Positions 1 through 9,840 of a stretch of 64,000 nt of DNA are shown here, one piece after another. A model generated the notes under the pieces. The model was not told the DNA's origin, did not search any database, and saw only the letters and a program-made list of their open reading frames with translations. The first letter of the stretch is position 1, and every line of letters begins with the position of its first letter. The position numbers and the translations under genes are program-made. Source of the DNA: an uncultured Chthonomonadaceae bacterium (GTDB taxonomy: Bacteria > Armatimonadota > Chthonomonadetes > Chthonomonadales > Chthonomonadaceae); NCBI GenBank assembly GCA_963817895.1, contig CAWFQB010000007.1:140413-204412 (forward strand). The letters run 5' to 3'.

Positions 1-58
1 TACGCTTAAAGCGTTGTCGGCTTTCAGACGCAGGCGCAGGATAATAGTTCACTTCGCG

Positions 59-1231
59 CTATTTATCTTGTTTGGGTGGGTCAGCCTGCTTTTTCTGGTC
101 GTCCTTTTTCGTAGCATCCGGTTTAGGGTTGGCATTGTCGGCGGGCTTGCTTTTGTCTTCGGGGACTGTGGCGTCGCCGCCCTTGAGTTTGCCTGCCAGC
201 CACTCTACAGCGCGGGCGCGGATGGCGTCCGGCACATCATGGCCGCCGTTGTACCAGACAATCTCTTTGGATTGCGGCGCGGCCACTTGCAGCAGTTTCG
301 CGGCAGGCGGCACAACAACCACGTCCGTCAGGCCGTTGAACATAATGATGGGCCTGTTGCTGATATGCCCGATGTACAGGCTTGGACACACCTGCAATTC
401 GGCCTGCCGTATCTTATCGTCGGGCGTGGCGTGGGCTATAGGCAGAAACGGGTCGCCGCCCACGCACAGCGCGAACGCTCCGATGCGCTCATCTACCGCG
501 CCCAGAATGGAACCTGTGATGGAACCTAAACTGTAACCAAGCAGGCCGATATGCTGCATATCCACATCGGTACGGGTGGCGAGATAGTCTAAGGCGCGAC
601 GATAATTGCGCCCGCCCTCATGCACGGCAACCGTAATCACCTGCTGATTCCAGTAACTCTTATTGGGTGATTGGCCCTGTCCGTGTTCGGGCGCGTCCAG
701 CGCGAGAATGGCGATGCCTTTGGCGACAAGCGCGTTCCCGAACATCCTGATGGCGATCTCTTTGTTGTTGGTCAAGCCATGCGGCACAAGGGCGCAGGGG
801 TACGTTCCATCGGCTTTGGGACGTATAAACGTGCCGGCGACCGGCTTTCCGCCCGGCCCCGTAAACGACAATTTGATGAGGATCGTGTCGCCCTTGTAAA
901 ACGTCTCTTCTTTCACATTCGGCGCACTTGCATCATAATCGTAGGCCGAGCGCAGTTTTTCCCATTCGGGGGTTGCCAGCATTTTACCGGCGGCGGCAGT
1001 GGTGACGCGGACCGCTCTGCCCGCTGTCGCCGTCACTTTGCGCGCGGTACGCCGGCCCGTATTCGTGGCTTTGGCGACGGCTTTGCTGATGGTTTTGCTC
1101 GCCGTATTGGCGGCTTTCTTAGCCTGCGTCTGGACGGATTGCGCGTGTGACGTTGTAATGGTCAAAGCGGACAGGCAGGCGCAGAAAGTAACCAAACGAA
1201 AACTGGTATTGCGAGAGGATGAGGGTTTCAT
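59..1231 (-). CDS. Secreted alpha/beta hydrolase (acetyl xylan esterase/dienelactone hydrolase-like)
   Basis: GYSLG nucleophile elbow, HG oxyanion motif, C-terminal GGH; signal-peptide-like N-terminus from MKPSS. Confidence 0.75.
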   Translation of the reverse strand: MKPSSSRNTSFRLVTFCACLSALTITTSHAQSVQTQAKKAANTASKTISKAVAKATNTGRRTARKVTATAGRAVRVTTAAAGKMLATPEWEKLRSAYDYDASAPNVKEETFYKGDTILIKLSFTGPGGKPVAGTFIRPKADGTYPCALVPHGLTNNKEIAIRMFGNALVAKGIAILALDAPEHGQGQSPNKSYWNQQVITVAVHEGGRNYRRALDYLATRTDVDMQHIGLLGYSLGSITGSILGAVDERIGAFALCVGGDPFLPIAHATPDDKIRQAELQVCPSLYIGHISNRPIIMFNGLTDVVVVPPAAKLLQVAAPQSKEIVWYNGGHDVPDAIRARAVEWLAGKLKGGDATVPEDKSKPADNANPKPDATKKDDQKKQADPPKQDK

Positions 1232-1433
1232 AGTTCTATATTCCATAAACATCGGCAGGACTTCTGCCGGGGAGTTCTTGCGGCGGTTTAGAACCAGACT
1301 TTTGCGCTCGCTCGTTTGTTCCTGAAAGTGGGAAGCATCAACATACAAACAGCCTTGCAATTAGATTGCAAGGCTGTTTGTATGAGGGTACTCTTTTGCC
1401 TGAACCAGTTTAGACAAACCTATTTAGACAAAC

Positions 1434-2855
1434 CTACGCATTATCGTCATAGCGCGGGCGGGCCGGACGCTGGACATTGCGCGGGGTTTGCGGGCCTCCC
1501 ATATAAGTACGGTTGGGTCGGTTTCCCGTCGCGCCGGAGCCATTCGGCCCGGAAGCAACGTCACGCGGAGCCTGGCGCGGAGCGGACGCGCCGTAAGCAG
1601 GCGCGGGGCGGTTGCTGGAACGGGGCGCAAAGGACGGATTTGATTGCGGACGGGAAGGCCGCGCGCCCTGTGGCTGCCGCATGGGGCGCTCTGCGGGTTC
1701 GTCGGCGCGAGCGGGAGCCGCCACAAAACCAACCGCGTCCCGACGCAAAATCCGCTTCTTCATCAGCCGTTCGATGCTTGCCAGATACGCCTGCTCGTCC
1801 GAACTGACAAGCGAAATGGCGTTGCCGGTCACGCCCGCGCGTCCTGTACGCCCGATGCGATGGACATAATCTTCCGGCACATTCGGCAGTTCGTAGTTGA
1901 TGACATACGGCAACTGATCAATGTCCAATCCGCGCGCCGCGATGTCGGTGGCTACCAGAATCCGCGTTTTGCCGTCCTTGAAGTCGGCAAGGGCGCGGGT
2001 TCGCTGCGGCTGGCTGCGGTTGCCGTGAATCGGAACGGCGGAAATGCCGTCGCGCTCCAACTGCTTCACAAGCCGATCCGCGCCGTGCTTGGTGCGCGTG
2101 AAGACGAGGGCTTGCTCGATCTTCTCTTCCACCAGCAGATGCACCAGCAGGTCGCGCTTGCTGTCCTTTGTAGCCGGGTAGTACGCCTGCGTGACAAGCG
2201 CGCTTTCCATGTTCTGACGCGCCACTTCTACCCGCGTCGGGGCATTGAGAAGGTCGTCGGCAAGCGTTTTGATTTCATCGGAAAACGTCGCGGAAAACAG
2301 CAGATTCTGACGGCGCGGCGGAAGCAAATCGAGAATTCTGCGTATATCGCGAATAAAGCCCATGTCCAGCATCCGGTCGGCCTCATCCAGAACCAGTATC
2401 TCGACATGGCGCAAATCCAGGGTGCGCTGCTGAATATGATCCAGCAAACGCCCCGGCGTGGCAACAAGAATATCCACGCCCCTTCTCAGGGCGGCGATTT
2501 GCGGGTTGATATTGACGCCGCCGAAAACAACAGTGGAAGTCAGCGGCATATATTTGCCATAAGTACGGACACTCTCTTCCACCTGCGCGGCGAGTTCGCG
2601 GGTGGGCGTCAAAATCAGGGCGCGAACCTTGCGTTGCCCGAAGGGCTTGGGCGCGGTCTGCGTCCGCAACCGCTGCAACAGCGGCAGGGTAAAGCCCGCT
2701 GTTTTGCCGGTTCCAGTTTGTGCCGCTGCCAGCACATCGCGGCCCTGCAAAATCACGGGAATGGCCTGCGCCTGAATGGGCGTGGGAATCTCGTAGCCCT
2801 CTTCGGCAAGGGCGCGTAAAAGTTCGGGACAGAGTCCCAGTGTGGTGAACGACAT
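1434..2855 (-). CDS. rhlE: DEAD-box ATP-dependent RNA helicase RhlE
   Basis: Q motif, [21 protein letters not shown] and HRIGRTGR motifs. Confidence 0.9.
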   Translation of the reverse strand: MSFTTLGLCPELLRALAEEGYEIPTPIQAQAIPVILQGRDVLAAAQTGTGKTAGFTLPLLQRLRTQTAPKPFGQRKVRALILTPTRELAAQVEESVRTYGKYMPLTSTVVFGGVNINPQIAALRRGVDILVATPGRLLDHIQQRTLDLRHVEILVLDEADRMLDMGFIRDIRRILDLLPPRRQNLLFSATFSDEIKTLADDLLNAPTRVEVARQNMESALVTQAYYPATKDSKRDLLVHLLVEEKIEQALVFTRTKHGADRLVKQLERDGISAVPIHGNRSQPQRTRALADFKDGKTRILVATDIAARGLDIDQLPYVINYELPNVPEDYVHRIGRTGRAGVTGNAISLVSSDEQAYLASIERLMKKRILRRDAVGFVAAPARADEPAERPMRQPQGARPSRPQSNPSFAPRSSNRPAPAYGASAPRQAPRDVASGPNGSGATGNRPNRTYMGGPQTPRNVQRPARPRYDDNA

Positions 2856-3079
2856 GAAAATACAAACTCCTGAATATCGGCCTGTTTTCGCGTAGCGCGA
2901 AGAACCGGTTCAGGCAGATGAATGGGCGGGTGCAAACGTCGGGGTTAAATCTGTAAGATACCGCGAACAAGTGGCAAAGCCTACCGGAGGGCGAAACAAC
3001 CACAATGCACATAATTATAAGAAACTTTTCCAATTTAGTGTACCACATTTGACGCGCGTATGCCGGGGAGTTATCTAGC

Positions 3080-3808
3080 ATGACAATACATATCGGCACA
3101 TCGGGGTGGAGCTATGACCACTGGCAGGGGATTTTGTATCCCGAAAAAACGCCGGTGGGCAAGCGGCTGCCCTACTATCTTGCCCAATACGATACGGTCG
3201 AGGTCAACAACACGTACTACCGCTGGCCTGCTGACAGCGTGTTTGCGGGCTGGCATGACAAATTGCCGCCGGGGTTCGTGATGAGCGTTAAAGCGGCGCG
3301 AGGTTTGTCGCACTACGCCCGCCTGAACAATCCGCAGGAGTGGATGGATCGGATCGCGCAGGGAATGTCCGGGCTGCGCGAGCATTTAGGCGTGTTTCTG
3401 GTGCAGTTGCCGCCGCAATTCGCCTGCCATTACGAGCGGTTGGAGGGGTTTCTGCGCGTGATTCCTCCCGGTTTGAAAGTGACGCTTGAATTTCGGCATC
3501 CGAGCTGGGACGTGGAGGAGATTTATGCGCTTCTGGAGCGGTACGGGGCGGCGTACTGCGTGATGAGCGGCGCGAACCTGCCCTGCGTCCTCCGCGCCAC
3601 GGCCCCGTTTGTATATGTCCGCTTTCATGGCCCCGACACCAACTGGCTGTACGCCGGGTCGTATTCCGACGACGATCTGCGCTGGTGGGCCGACCGTTTC
3701 CGCGACTGGCAGGCGCAGGGCCGCGACATCTACGCCTACTTCAACAACGACGGCGGCGGCAACGCCCTGCGCAACGCCAACACGCTGAAACATCTGCTTT
3801 CAACGTGA
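3080..3808 (+). CDS. DUF72 domain protein
   Basis: IGTSGWSY, EVNNTYY, QLPP, EFRH and YFNND motifs. Confidence 0.9.
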   Translation: MTIHIGTSGWSYDHWQGILYPEKTPVGKRLPYYLAQYDTVEVNNTYYRWPADSVFAGWHDKLPPGFVMSVKAARGLSHYARLNNPQEWMDRIAQGMSGLREHLGVFLVQLPPQFACHYERLEGFLRVIPPGLKVTLEFRHPSWDVEEIYALLERYGAAYCVMSGANLPCVLRATAPFVYVRFHGPDTNWLYAGSYSDDDLRWWADRFRDWQAQGRDIYAYFNNDGGGNALRNANTLKHLLST

Positions 3809-3990
3809 TGCCCGTTCCTATGCCTTGCCACAATTTTCTCATTTCGGCTGTTTTCATAGCAGGCGCGGGTATGCCTGCCTCCCCTCTTCTAAACTGCTGT
3901 TGTCGTCGGATGCAATCTGTGACAATTTGCACACTCTAATTGTGTGAAATATCACATTCATCTTTTAACCTGGGGAGCTGTTACAGCAAC

Positions 3991-4026
3991 AAGCCACTTG
4001 AACGGGGGTACGTGTTCAAGTGGCTT
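3991..4026. terminator. Hairpin / possible terminator
   Basis: 13-bp perfect stem aagccacttgaac/gttcaagtggctt. Confidence 0.5.
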
Positions 4027-4476
4027 AAAGGTGTTGCGTGATTTGAAATCTATTTCGGCGCGTGAGGTTAGCGCGTCGGACACACGGCGGCGCATTGACA
4101 AGACTTGACTGTGTTAGCGCGCTGTTTTGTAGCGCGGACATTGTGTACAGGGCGCGGAACAGGCTTTGATTTCTCAATTGCCTGTGGCGGGTTGTTGTAC
4201 TTCACGCTTGTCTTGTGTCTGAACCTTGCCTCAATTGCTGCGATCCGGTGGCGTCATCGTGTCTCATCCTTCCAGGTAATGGGCCGTCCACAGCATCATG
4301 CGATGCCATCCTCTCGGTTTCGTGGTCCGTACCTCCCCTTGTTTGGATTTCGTAATCGGCGCGTTAAATCGCGAACCTTTCGGCTTGCCCTCGCGTCATG
4401 CCATACGCGGGTTTGTCGCGCCTGCCGGAAGAGTATGAAAGCCTTGCGACTTCAGCCTCTCCCTTATTACAATTCC

Positions 4477-4505
4477 ATGATACACCTCTATTTGCCGGAT
4501 GTCAA
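4477..4505 (-). promoter_or_regulatory. sigma70-type promoter
   Basis: TTGACA-17 nt-TATCAT on the minus strand. Confidence 0.65.
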
Positions 4506-4645
4506 GGGCATTTGCGACATTTTTCCAAAATATTTGCAACGTGTTGTGGAATATATGCAGCGTCCTTATCATTCTCTGGCATGCGCTTTCGCGGCAATAG
4601 CATCGCGCCTGCTTTATCGCGTTGTCAACTCTTTCCCAAATAGCC

Positions 4646-6277
4646 TTACTGAACCTGATAGATCGTCAACAAAGGGCCGGGCCTGCGAACCGCGCTGACA
4701 TTCGAGAACGGCAGAAACCAGGCGTCCTGAAACTCTACAATCAGGGGCGGGTGGGGAGAATCGTCCGCGAACGGCGTAAATACAGCCATTCGGCGGCACT
4801 GTGGATCGGTTTGCAACTCTCGCAGCAGGGTCGGCGGCGTCACCATCGGCATTTGCGGCGCGTACTCGACCGTCATCACGTAGGCCGCGCCGTTGTGGCG
4901 TATCGTCTTCAAGTCCAACTGATTCAACGTTGTAACCTGAGCCGCTTGCAGCGGCAGACTATCCGGGTAGCCCAGGAACAGGCCGCAAACGGCTGTCTGC
5001 TTCCCCGGCGGCGCGTTTTGCTTGAGCCAGCGCAGAGCGAGAACGCGGGTATCCTCCTGCGGCAGAACGCGCAGCAGTTCAAGGGAGTTTTTCAGGTTCC
5101 ATCCCAAACAGAGCAGGGCCAGTCCCCCGGCCACAAGCATCGCGCCGTTTGCCTTCCATCGGCTCTCCACAGCGCGATAGACCGCGCTGACGCCAAAGGC
5201 CGACAGCAGGCATACGCCCGGCAGAATGGGGTTGAGGTGACGCGAAAAGATGCCGTGCTGTCCCCCCGCGAACAGATAGTACAGGCCGCATAAGCACAGG
5301 GCCAGTTGCAGCGGGCGGTGGCGCTGCCGAATGGCCGCAATGCCCCCGAGGAGGGCGGCGAGCATCACGGGCAGACCCATGCCATAACGCAGGGAGAACT
5401 GAAAAAAGTAAATCCAGCCTATGGGAAGCAGGCCCGTATACGTCCGGTTCCAGACGCGTTGCGCGCCTAATACGTGCAGAAACGCCCAGGGACGGAAGGC
5501 AAATTCCGGCGTCAACACCACTATCGCGGCGACACACGCAAGAAGCAGCATACGCGCCATGCGCCCCCAACGCTGTTCCGGTGGGCAGTTCCAGAAGTGC
5601 GCCACCAGCATCAGCAAACCGCAGGCAAACACGTATTTGGACGCAATCGCCCAGCCCACGCAAATCCCGGCCAAAATTGCCGCAGAAGCGGCACGTTTCT
5701 GATGATACTCGATGCAGGCCAGCAGCGCCCATGTTGCCGATAGCGCGGCCATCTGATCCACGACCCCAAAATGGGCGTCGCGCACCGGTATGTAAGCGAC
5801 TGCCCAAAGCGCTACAGCCAACAGCGCGGTACGCCGGCCCCGCGCCATCATTCCCAGCCGGAACAGCGGAAAGGCGACCAGAACGCCGCAGGCGGCGGAA
5901 AGCAGGCGTTCGCTGAGATGAACGGCAGGCTGTATCGCGTCGCCGGTGAGGAACCCGAAGTAGGTCAAACCGGGAAGCGCGGCTTTCGCGAGCAGATAGC
6001 GCGGAAACCAGTAAAGGCCGAGTATATGCGCGAAGTGGGTGGGATAATACAGGAAAAACGTAAAAGTCAGTCCGGCGCGGGGCGCGTACCATAGGCTTGC
6101 CACTTGCGCCAGAACCGCCTCTTCATCCGGGCGCGTGTAGCAAGGCAGTCCGAAATCAAGGGCATAAAAACGCAGCCCCGCCGCCAGCAACAGCAGCAGC
6201 CAGAACGCCGCGCCATACGATACAATCCAGCGTTGGCTACTGTTTTTCCAATCCCTCAAGGAGTAATTCAAGCGCAT
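4646..6277 (-). CDS. Membrane glycosyltransferase, family 39/ArnT-like
   Basis: Multiple transmembrane segments, RPDE motif after TM1, ASKY motif. Confidence 0.75.
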   Translation of the reverse strand: MRLNYSLRDWKNSSQRWIVSYGAAFWLLLLLAAGLRFYALDFGLPCYTRPDEEAVLAQVASLWYAPRAGLTFTFFLYYPTHFAHILGLYWFPRYLLAKAALPGLTYFGFLTGDAIQPAVHLSERLLSAACGVLVAFPLFRLGMMARGRRTALLAVALWAVAYIPVRDAHFGVVDQMAALSATWALLACIEYHQKRAASAAILAGICVGWAIASKYVFACGLLMLVAHFWNCPPEQRWGRMARMLLLACVAAIVVLTPEFAFRPWAFLHVLGAQRVWNRTYTGLLPIGWIYFFQFSLRYGMGLPVMLAALLGGIAAIRQRHRPLQLALCLCGLYYLFAGGQHGIFSRHLNPILPGVCLLSAFGVSAVYRAVESRWKANGAMLVAGGLALLCLGWNLKNSLELLRVLPQEDTRVLALRWLKQNAPPGKQTAVCGLFLGYPDSLPLQAAQVTTLNQLDLKTIRHNGAAYVMTVEYAPQMPMVTPPTLLRELQTDPQCRRMAVFTPFADDSPHPPLIVEFQDAWFLPFSNVSAVRRPGPLLTIYQVQ

Positions 6278-6324
6278 AGCGTTGTTCCACAATCAAATTT
6301 AGTTGCAACAAACATAAACTTCGA

Positions 6325-9300
6325 TTAGTTTTTTGTAATGGTTTCGTCCAGATTGAGAACGGTGCTGGCGATTATGGCCCAGGCGGCGAGTTCGGGCGCG
6401 TTCAATTTATCATTGCGCTTTGCTTCGCCAATGGCAAGCAGTTGTTCCGCGCCTTTGGGATTGCCGCGATACACGGCAAGCTGATCGTTAAGCAGGCCGG
6501 TTAAAATTTTCTGCTCCCCAACTGTGGCGGAACGGGACACGCACAAATGGTACGCGAAATTGATGCGGTCATTGACACTGTTGCCGCCTTCGGTCAATAT
6601 CCGCTCGGCCAGTTTGCGGCTGGCTTCCACATACGTCGGATCGTTCATCAGGACAAGCGCCTGTAGCGGCGTGTTCGTGACCGAACGGCGCACCATGCAG
6701 AACTCCCGTTCGGGCGCGTCGAAGGTTTGCAGCGAGGGCGGCGGAACCGTGCGCTTCCAGAAGGTGTACATGCTGCGGCGATATAAATTCTCGCCGTGAT
6801 CCTGCTCATAATACTGCGCGGAAAAACTACCCTTGAAAGAAATCTCTTCCCACAACCCGGCCGGCTGATACGGCTTCACGCTTGGCCCGCCGATTTTCGG
6901 CACAAGCAACCCCGCCACGTCCAGCGCCTGATCCCGAATGAACTCCGCCGGCAGCCGAAAACGCGGGCCACGCGCCAGTAATCGGTTTTCCGGGTCTTTC
7001 ACCATCAATCGTGGCGTCACCCGCGAAGATTGCCGATACGCCGCCGAAGTAACGAGCAGGCGCAGCAGGGCCTTGACATCCCATGGAAGGGATGAGGGTT
7101 GAGGGTTGAGGGAGGCAAGTTCTTCTTTTCCCTTTTCCCTTTTTCCTTTTCCCTCCACGAAGTTGCAGGCAAGCCAATCCAGCAGTTCGGGATGGGAGGG
7201 GCGTTCGCCCTGTGTACCGAAATCTTCCGCCGTTTTCACCAGCCCGGTTCCGAACAGCATTTGCCAGTAGCGGTTCACGGCCACGCGGCTTGTCAGCGGT
7301 TGCGTGGGGCTGACGAGCCATTGCGCCAGTCCCAAACGGTTGGGCGCGTATTCGCCCTGCACGGGCAGGAATTCGGGTATACCGGGCATCACTTTCTCGC
7401 CCTGTTTGTCATACTGGCCGCGCAGGAGAATAAAGGTATCGCGCGGCTTCGCCATTTCTGACATGACCATTGTGGTGGGAATGGCTTTGTCCAGATCGGC
7501 CTGCTTCTGCTTCCACGTATTGAGTTCCGCCGTAATCGTTTTGTTGGGCATGTCAATGTTGTCGAAGTAGTAGGCGGCGAGTTGAACTTTCTGCGCTTCT
7601 GAACGCTTATTTTCGGTTGTCGCCAGCAGTTGCTTGAGGTTATCCGAATTGGCAAGCGCGGCAACGTCATTCGCGCTGAGTTCGCGGTCGTAGGCGCGAA
7701 CATCATCAATCAAGCCCTTGAACGGCGCTCCGGGCGTACGGCGCCCAATCGTGAACGGCGCGGTTGACGTTTGAATGGTATCGGTCAGTTTGTCGTGTGT
7801 AACATCTAAATCGGCGGGCTTGCCGTCTACGTAGATATGAACACCTTTCGCTTTGCTCGAACCGTCGTAGGTGACGAACAGGTGGTGCCACTTGCCCGCT
7901 TCCATGACCATTTTCGTGTTGACGCGAATGGCGTTGTCGTCCCACTTGTGGATGAGATGGACGAAAGCTCGCCCGCCCATCAAATACAGATCGTAGCCCC
8001 GGAAGCCATCTGTCTCGTTCATGCGCGATAACACGGTCATGCTGTCCATGCCGCTCGGATTGATCCACGCGCCATACGAAAATTTGTCGGTTCGCTCCCA
8101 TCGCAGCGTTTTGTCACTCGCGTTTCCGATTTCGACATAATTGCCGCCGTCGAAACTGAGCGCGTTGCCGATTTTGCCCGGTTTCCAAACCACATTCCCT
8201 CTGATGGTTCCACCCGGCTGTTTGCCCACTGTATCCTGAACCTGCGCGCCTGTGTTTTCATCCAGCGCGTAGTTGGCGACAAGCCCTTCCATCGCGACGG
8301 GCGTTTTATCCGCATTGGCGGACGCGGTTTTGATCCAGTCCGTCATGGCCTGCTTCGCTTCCGCCTGCCGATTCTTGCGCGCGTTTTCCAGTCCGGCGAC
8401 TTTGCTGGCGTACTCGATGGTCTGCGCCTCCTGTTCGGGCGAGGGCGCTTTCAGGTACGGCATCGCGTTGCCGACTGTTCCGTCCAACCCGGCTTCGGGA
8501 ACGTTGTGGAACAGGGCATAGAAACGGTAATAGTCTTTTTGGGTAATCGGGTCGTACTTGTGGTCGTGGCACTGGGCGCAGCGAACGGTCAAGCCTAAGA
8601 ACGCGGTTGCTGTCGTATCAATGCGGTCAAAAATGTAGGCGGCGGCGTACTCTTCGGGAATCGCGCCGCCCTCAAAATTGATGGGGTGGTTGCGATTGAA
8701 GCCGGACGCGATTTTCTGGTCAAGCGTGGCGTTGGGAAGCATGTCGCCCGCGAGTTGCTGAATGACGAACTGATCGTAGGGCAGGTTGGCATTGAAGGCG
8801 TTGATGACCCATTCGCGCCACCGCCACATATCGCGCTGGCTGTCAATGTGGTAGCCGTGCGTGTCGGCAAATCGGGCCAGATCGAGCCACGCCAGCGCCA
8901 TGCGCTCGCCATAATGCGGATTGGCAAGCAGGCGGTCTACGGTTTTCTCATAAGCGTCTTTGCTGTTGTCGGCAAGAAACGCGGACACATCGGCGGGCGT
9001 GGGCGGCAGTCCGGTCAAATCCAGCGTAACGCGGCGCAACAGGGTAATTTTGTCGGCTTCGGGCGAGGGCGTCAGTCCCTCTTTTTCCAGCCGTGACAGG
9101 ATAAAGCGGTCAATGGGATTGCGTACCCATGCCGTATTCTTCACGGGCGGAAGGGCGGGAGAAACAGGCGGCACAAACGCCCAGTGTTTCGCATACTTTC
9201 CGCCCTGCGCGATCCAGCGTTTCAGGGTTGCCATTTGTGCGCCGGACAGTTTTTTGCCACTGGCGGGCGGCGGCATTTGTCCCGGCCCGGTCACATACAC

Positions 9301-9717
9301 GCGCGCAACCAGTTCGCTGTCTTTGACATTTCCCGGCAGCACGGCAAACCGCCCCGAATCCAACTTCTTCAGCGCGCCTGCTTCCTGATCCAGCCGCAGC
9401 CCCGCCGCCCGCTTGTTGGCATCGAAGCCGTGACACGCGAAACAGTTTTCGGACAGGATAGGCCGAACGTCGTGGTCGAAGTCAATGGTGGTTGGTGGTT
9501 GGTGGCTGGTGGTTGAGGACGCAGGCGTTGAGCGTTGAGCATTGAGCGTTGAGGTCTGCTCTTTTCCCTTTTCCCTTTTCCCTTTTCCCTCTATTCCCTG
9601 CGCATGGGCGGACGTGCCGGACGAAAGCGCGGCAAGGCAGGCAATCAGCAAAATGGAAACAGTCAATCGGCTACAAAGCGGGCGGCGAAAGTTGAATGGG
9701 TGAATAATTGCGTTCAT
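6325..9717 (-). CDS. Planctomycete-type cytochrome c / DUF1549 / LamG / DUF1553 protein
   Basis: CFACHG and CAQCHDHKYDP haem motifs, NPIDRFI, YRRSMY, TPLQAL, central LamG-like segment. Confidence 0.9.
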   Translation of the reverse strand: MNAIIHPFNFRRPLCSRLTVSILLIACLAALSSGTSAHAQGIEGKGKREKGKEQTSTLNAQRSTPASSTTSHQPPTTIDFDHDVRPILSENCFACHGFDANKRAAGLRLDQEAGALKKLDSGRFAVLPGNVKDSELVARVYVTGPGQMPPPASGKKLSGAQMATLKRWIAQGGKYAKHWAFVPPVSPALPPVKNTAWVRNPIDRFILSRLEKEGLTPSPEADKITLLRRVTLDLTGLPPTPADVSAFLADNSKDAYEKTVDRLLANPHYGERMALAWLDLARFADTHGYHIDSQRDMWRWREWVINAFNANLPYDQFVIQQLAGDMLPNATLDQKIASGFNRNHPINFEGGAIPEEYAAAYIFDRIDTTATAFLGLTVRCAQCHDHKYDPITQKDYYRFYALFHNVPEAGLDGTVGNAMPYLKAPSPEQEAQTIEYASKVAGLENARKNRQAEAKQAMTDWIKTASANADKTPVAMEGLVANYALDENTGAQVQDTVGKQPGGTIRGNVVWKPGKIGNALSFDGGNYVEIGNASDKTLRWERTDKFSYGAWINPSGMDSMTVLSRMNETDGFRGYDLYLMGGRAFVHLIHKWDDNAIRVNTKMVMEAGKWHHLFVTYDGSSKAKGVHIYVDGKPADLDVTHDKLTDTIQTSTAPFTIGRRTPGAPFKGLIDDVRAYDRELSANDVAALANSDNLKQLLATTENKRSEAQKVQLAAYYFDNIDMPNKTITAELNTWKQKQADLDKAIPTTMVMSEMAKPRDTFILLRGQYDKQGEKVMPGIPEFLPVQGEYAPNRLGLAQWLVSPTQPLTSRVAVNRYWQMLFGTGLVKTAEDFGTQGERPSHPELLDWLACNFVEGKGKREKGKEELASLNPQPSSLPWDVKALLRLLVTSAAYRQSSRVTPRLMVKDPENRLLARGPRFRLPAEFIRDQALDVAGLLVPKIGGPSVKPYQPAGLWEEISFKGSFSAQYYEQDHGENLYRRSMYTFWKRTVPPPSLQTFDAPEREFCMVRRSVTNTPLQALVLMNDPTYVEASRKLAERILTEGGNSVNDRINFAYHLCVSRSATVGEQKILTGLLNDQLAVYRGNPKGAEQLLAIGEAKRNDKLNAPELAAWAIIASTVLNLDETITKN
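7087..7155. repeat. Heptamer tandem-repeat element inserted in frame in the DUF1553 domain
   Basis: (gagggtt)n then (ttttccc)n; encodes GKGKREKGKE...LNPQPSS. Confidence 0.7.
9486..9598. repeat. Heptamer tandem-repeat element in frame after the signal peptide
   Basis: (ggtggtt)n, (gcgttga)n and (ttttccc)n arrays. Confidence 0.75.
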
Positions 9718-9840
9718 AAGCGTTTTAGAAGCGGCGCGGGTTGGAAGGTGACAGCAAATGCGTTGCTTTTGTCTTGAACCAAGAAGTAAACTACACCAAA
9801 AGTATACAACACAAACGCGCCGAACGCGCAAAATAGAGTT

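Noticed and set aside
3918..3957. CRP/FNR-like boxes (tgtga...gcaca, tgtga...tcaca)
   Set aside because: Imperfect match or wrong spacing, and no downstream gene in a suitable position
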